Made by a program: the position numbers and the translations under genes
Source of the DNA: Gemmatimonadota bacterium
GTDB lineage: Bacteria > Gemmatimonadota > Gemmatimonadetes > Longimicrobiales > Gaopeijiaceae
Length of the DNA: 64,000 nt
Direction of reading: 5' to 3'
Assembly: GCA_039589315.1 (NCBI GenBank)
Contig: JBDHHQ010000016.1
Coordinates: 1-64,000 of the forward strand
Notes under the pieces: model-generated
What the model was told of the DNA's origin: nothing
Database searches by the model: none
The model's input: the letters and a program-made list of their open reading frames with translations, nothing else
Part shown: positions 63,275 through 64,000 of the stretch, piece by piece
Position numbering within the stretch: position 1 is the stretch's first letter
Layout: each line of letters begins with the position of its first letter

Positions 63275-64000
63275 TCAGGCAAGGCGGGACCGCTCCCCCG
63301 TCACCGGTCGATCCGCGCCCTGCTGGCACGCTCGGACGAAGGCCACGATGCTCGGGAATCGGTCGCTCGGGTTTCTGGCGAGCGCCCTCAGCAGGGCCTT
63401 ATCGGCACGTTCGGGAACCAGGACCCCGGACTGCCCCACCGAGGGCACCGCCTCGGTGAGCTGTCTCGCACAGATCGCCCGCGGCGACGGGCCGTCGAAG
63501 GGCGGCTTCCCCACCAGCGTTTCGTAGAGCAAACAAGCAAGCGAATACACGTCGGCCCTCTCGTCGACCTGGGCGGCCACCGCCTGCTCGGGGCTCATGT
63601 AGCACGGCGTCCCGGCAAAGGCAGGCCTATCCGAGCCCCCTGGCTCAGGCCTCGGAGCGAAGCGCCTGGCGATGCCGAAATCCGCCAGCACCGCCCGGCC
63701 GTCCTCCAGGAGGACATTGCTGGGCTTGACGTCGAGATGAACGACTCGTTCTGCGTGCACTGCCGAGAGTGCCTCTCCTACCTGGCCTACGATGCGCATC
63801 GCCTCCGTCCACGGGAGGCGACCGCTCTCGCGGATACGCTCCGCCAACGTGCCTCCGGCGATGAACGGCGCCACGTAGAACGGCCGACCGTCGAGCTCAC
63901 CTGAATCGTAAATGGTCAGGACGTTCGGGTGGCGAAGGCGCGCCATGATGTTGGTCTCGCACTCGAAGCGCGCCCGGGCGCCAGGCGTTGCCCGGTTGGT
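63275..64000 (-). CDS. Hanks-type Ser/Thr protein kinase, 5' end outside window
   Basis: LRHPNV, HLDVKPSN, DFG, GTPCYMSPE, DVYSLAC. Confidence 0.92.
   Translation of the reverse strand, partial: TNRATPGARARFECETNIMARLRHPNVLTIYDSGELDGRPFYVAPFIAGGTLAERIRESGRLPWTEAMRIVGQVGEALSAVHAERVVHLDVKPSNVLLEDGRAVLADFGIARRFAPRPEPGGSDRPAFAGTPCYMSPEQAVAAQVDERADVYSLACLLYETLVGKPPFDGPSPRAICARQLTEAVPSVGQSGVLVPERADKALLRALARNPSDRFPSIVAFVRACQQGADRPVTGERSRLA

Noticed and set aside
1..64000. tRNA, rRNA, Y-RNA-like partner of RtcB, or IS elements
   Set aside because: None recognised by eye. tRNAscan-SE, Infernal/Rfam and ISEScan would be needed to exclude them formally.

Overview
High-GC bacterial chromosomal segment. 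The gene content (three ADOP permeases, PadR pairs, a DUF1592/DUF1552/ankyrin trio, DUF5916, a TolB-like/TPR protein) resembles Gemmatimonadota or Acidobacteriota; this is inference only. In order: a broken homocysteine S-methyltransferase; rtcB (with an internal deletion) and archease; an XRE regulator with a conserved hypothetical gene; a 7-gene V/A-type ATPase operon (B-D-I-K-E-DUF2764-A) with a Na+-type rotor; a divergent Cache-HAMP sensor with no output domain plus a CaCA antiporter; two PadR-ADOP modules with visible tandem operators; hydrolases and a TraR/DksA protein; a ~10 kb RiPP-like/glycosylation locus; a third ADOP, AsmA, the DUF1592-DUF1552-ankyrin trio, D-aminoacylase, DUF2235 and DUF5916; and a probable catabolic operon (RraA/HMG-type aldolase, class V aminotransferase, LeuCD-like enzyme, DAACS symporter) headed by a PG-binding/CHAP hydrolase. 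The best candidate for an uncharacterised system is 28717-38857. It encodes a PqqD/RRE protein carrying its own lasso-leader-like YEAPQL tail, an HPr-kinase-like enzyme, two nucleotidyltransferases (one degenerate), three glycosyltransferases, an SDR and an ABC exporter, but no lasso cyclase or B2 protease. I saw no rRNA, tRNA, CRISPR array or mobile element. All family assignments come from motif recognition by eye, not from database searches.
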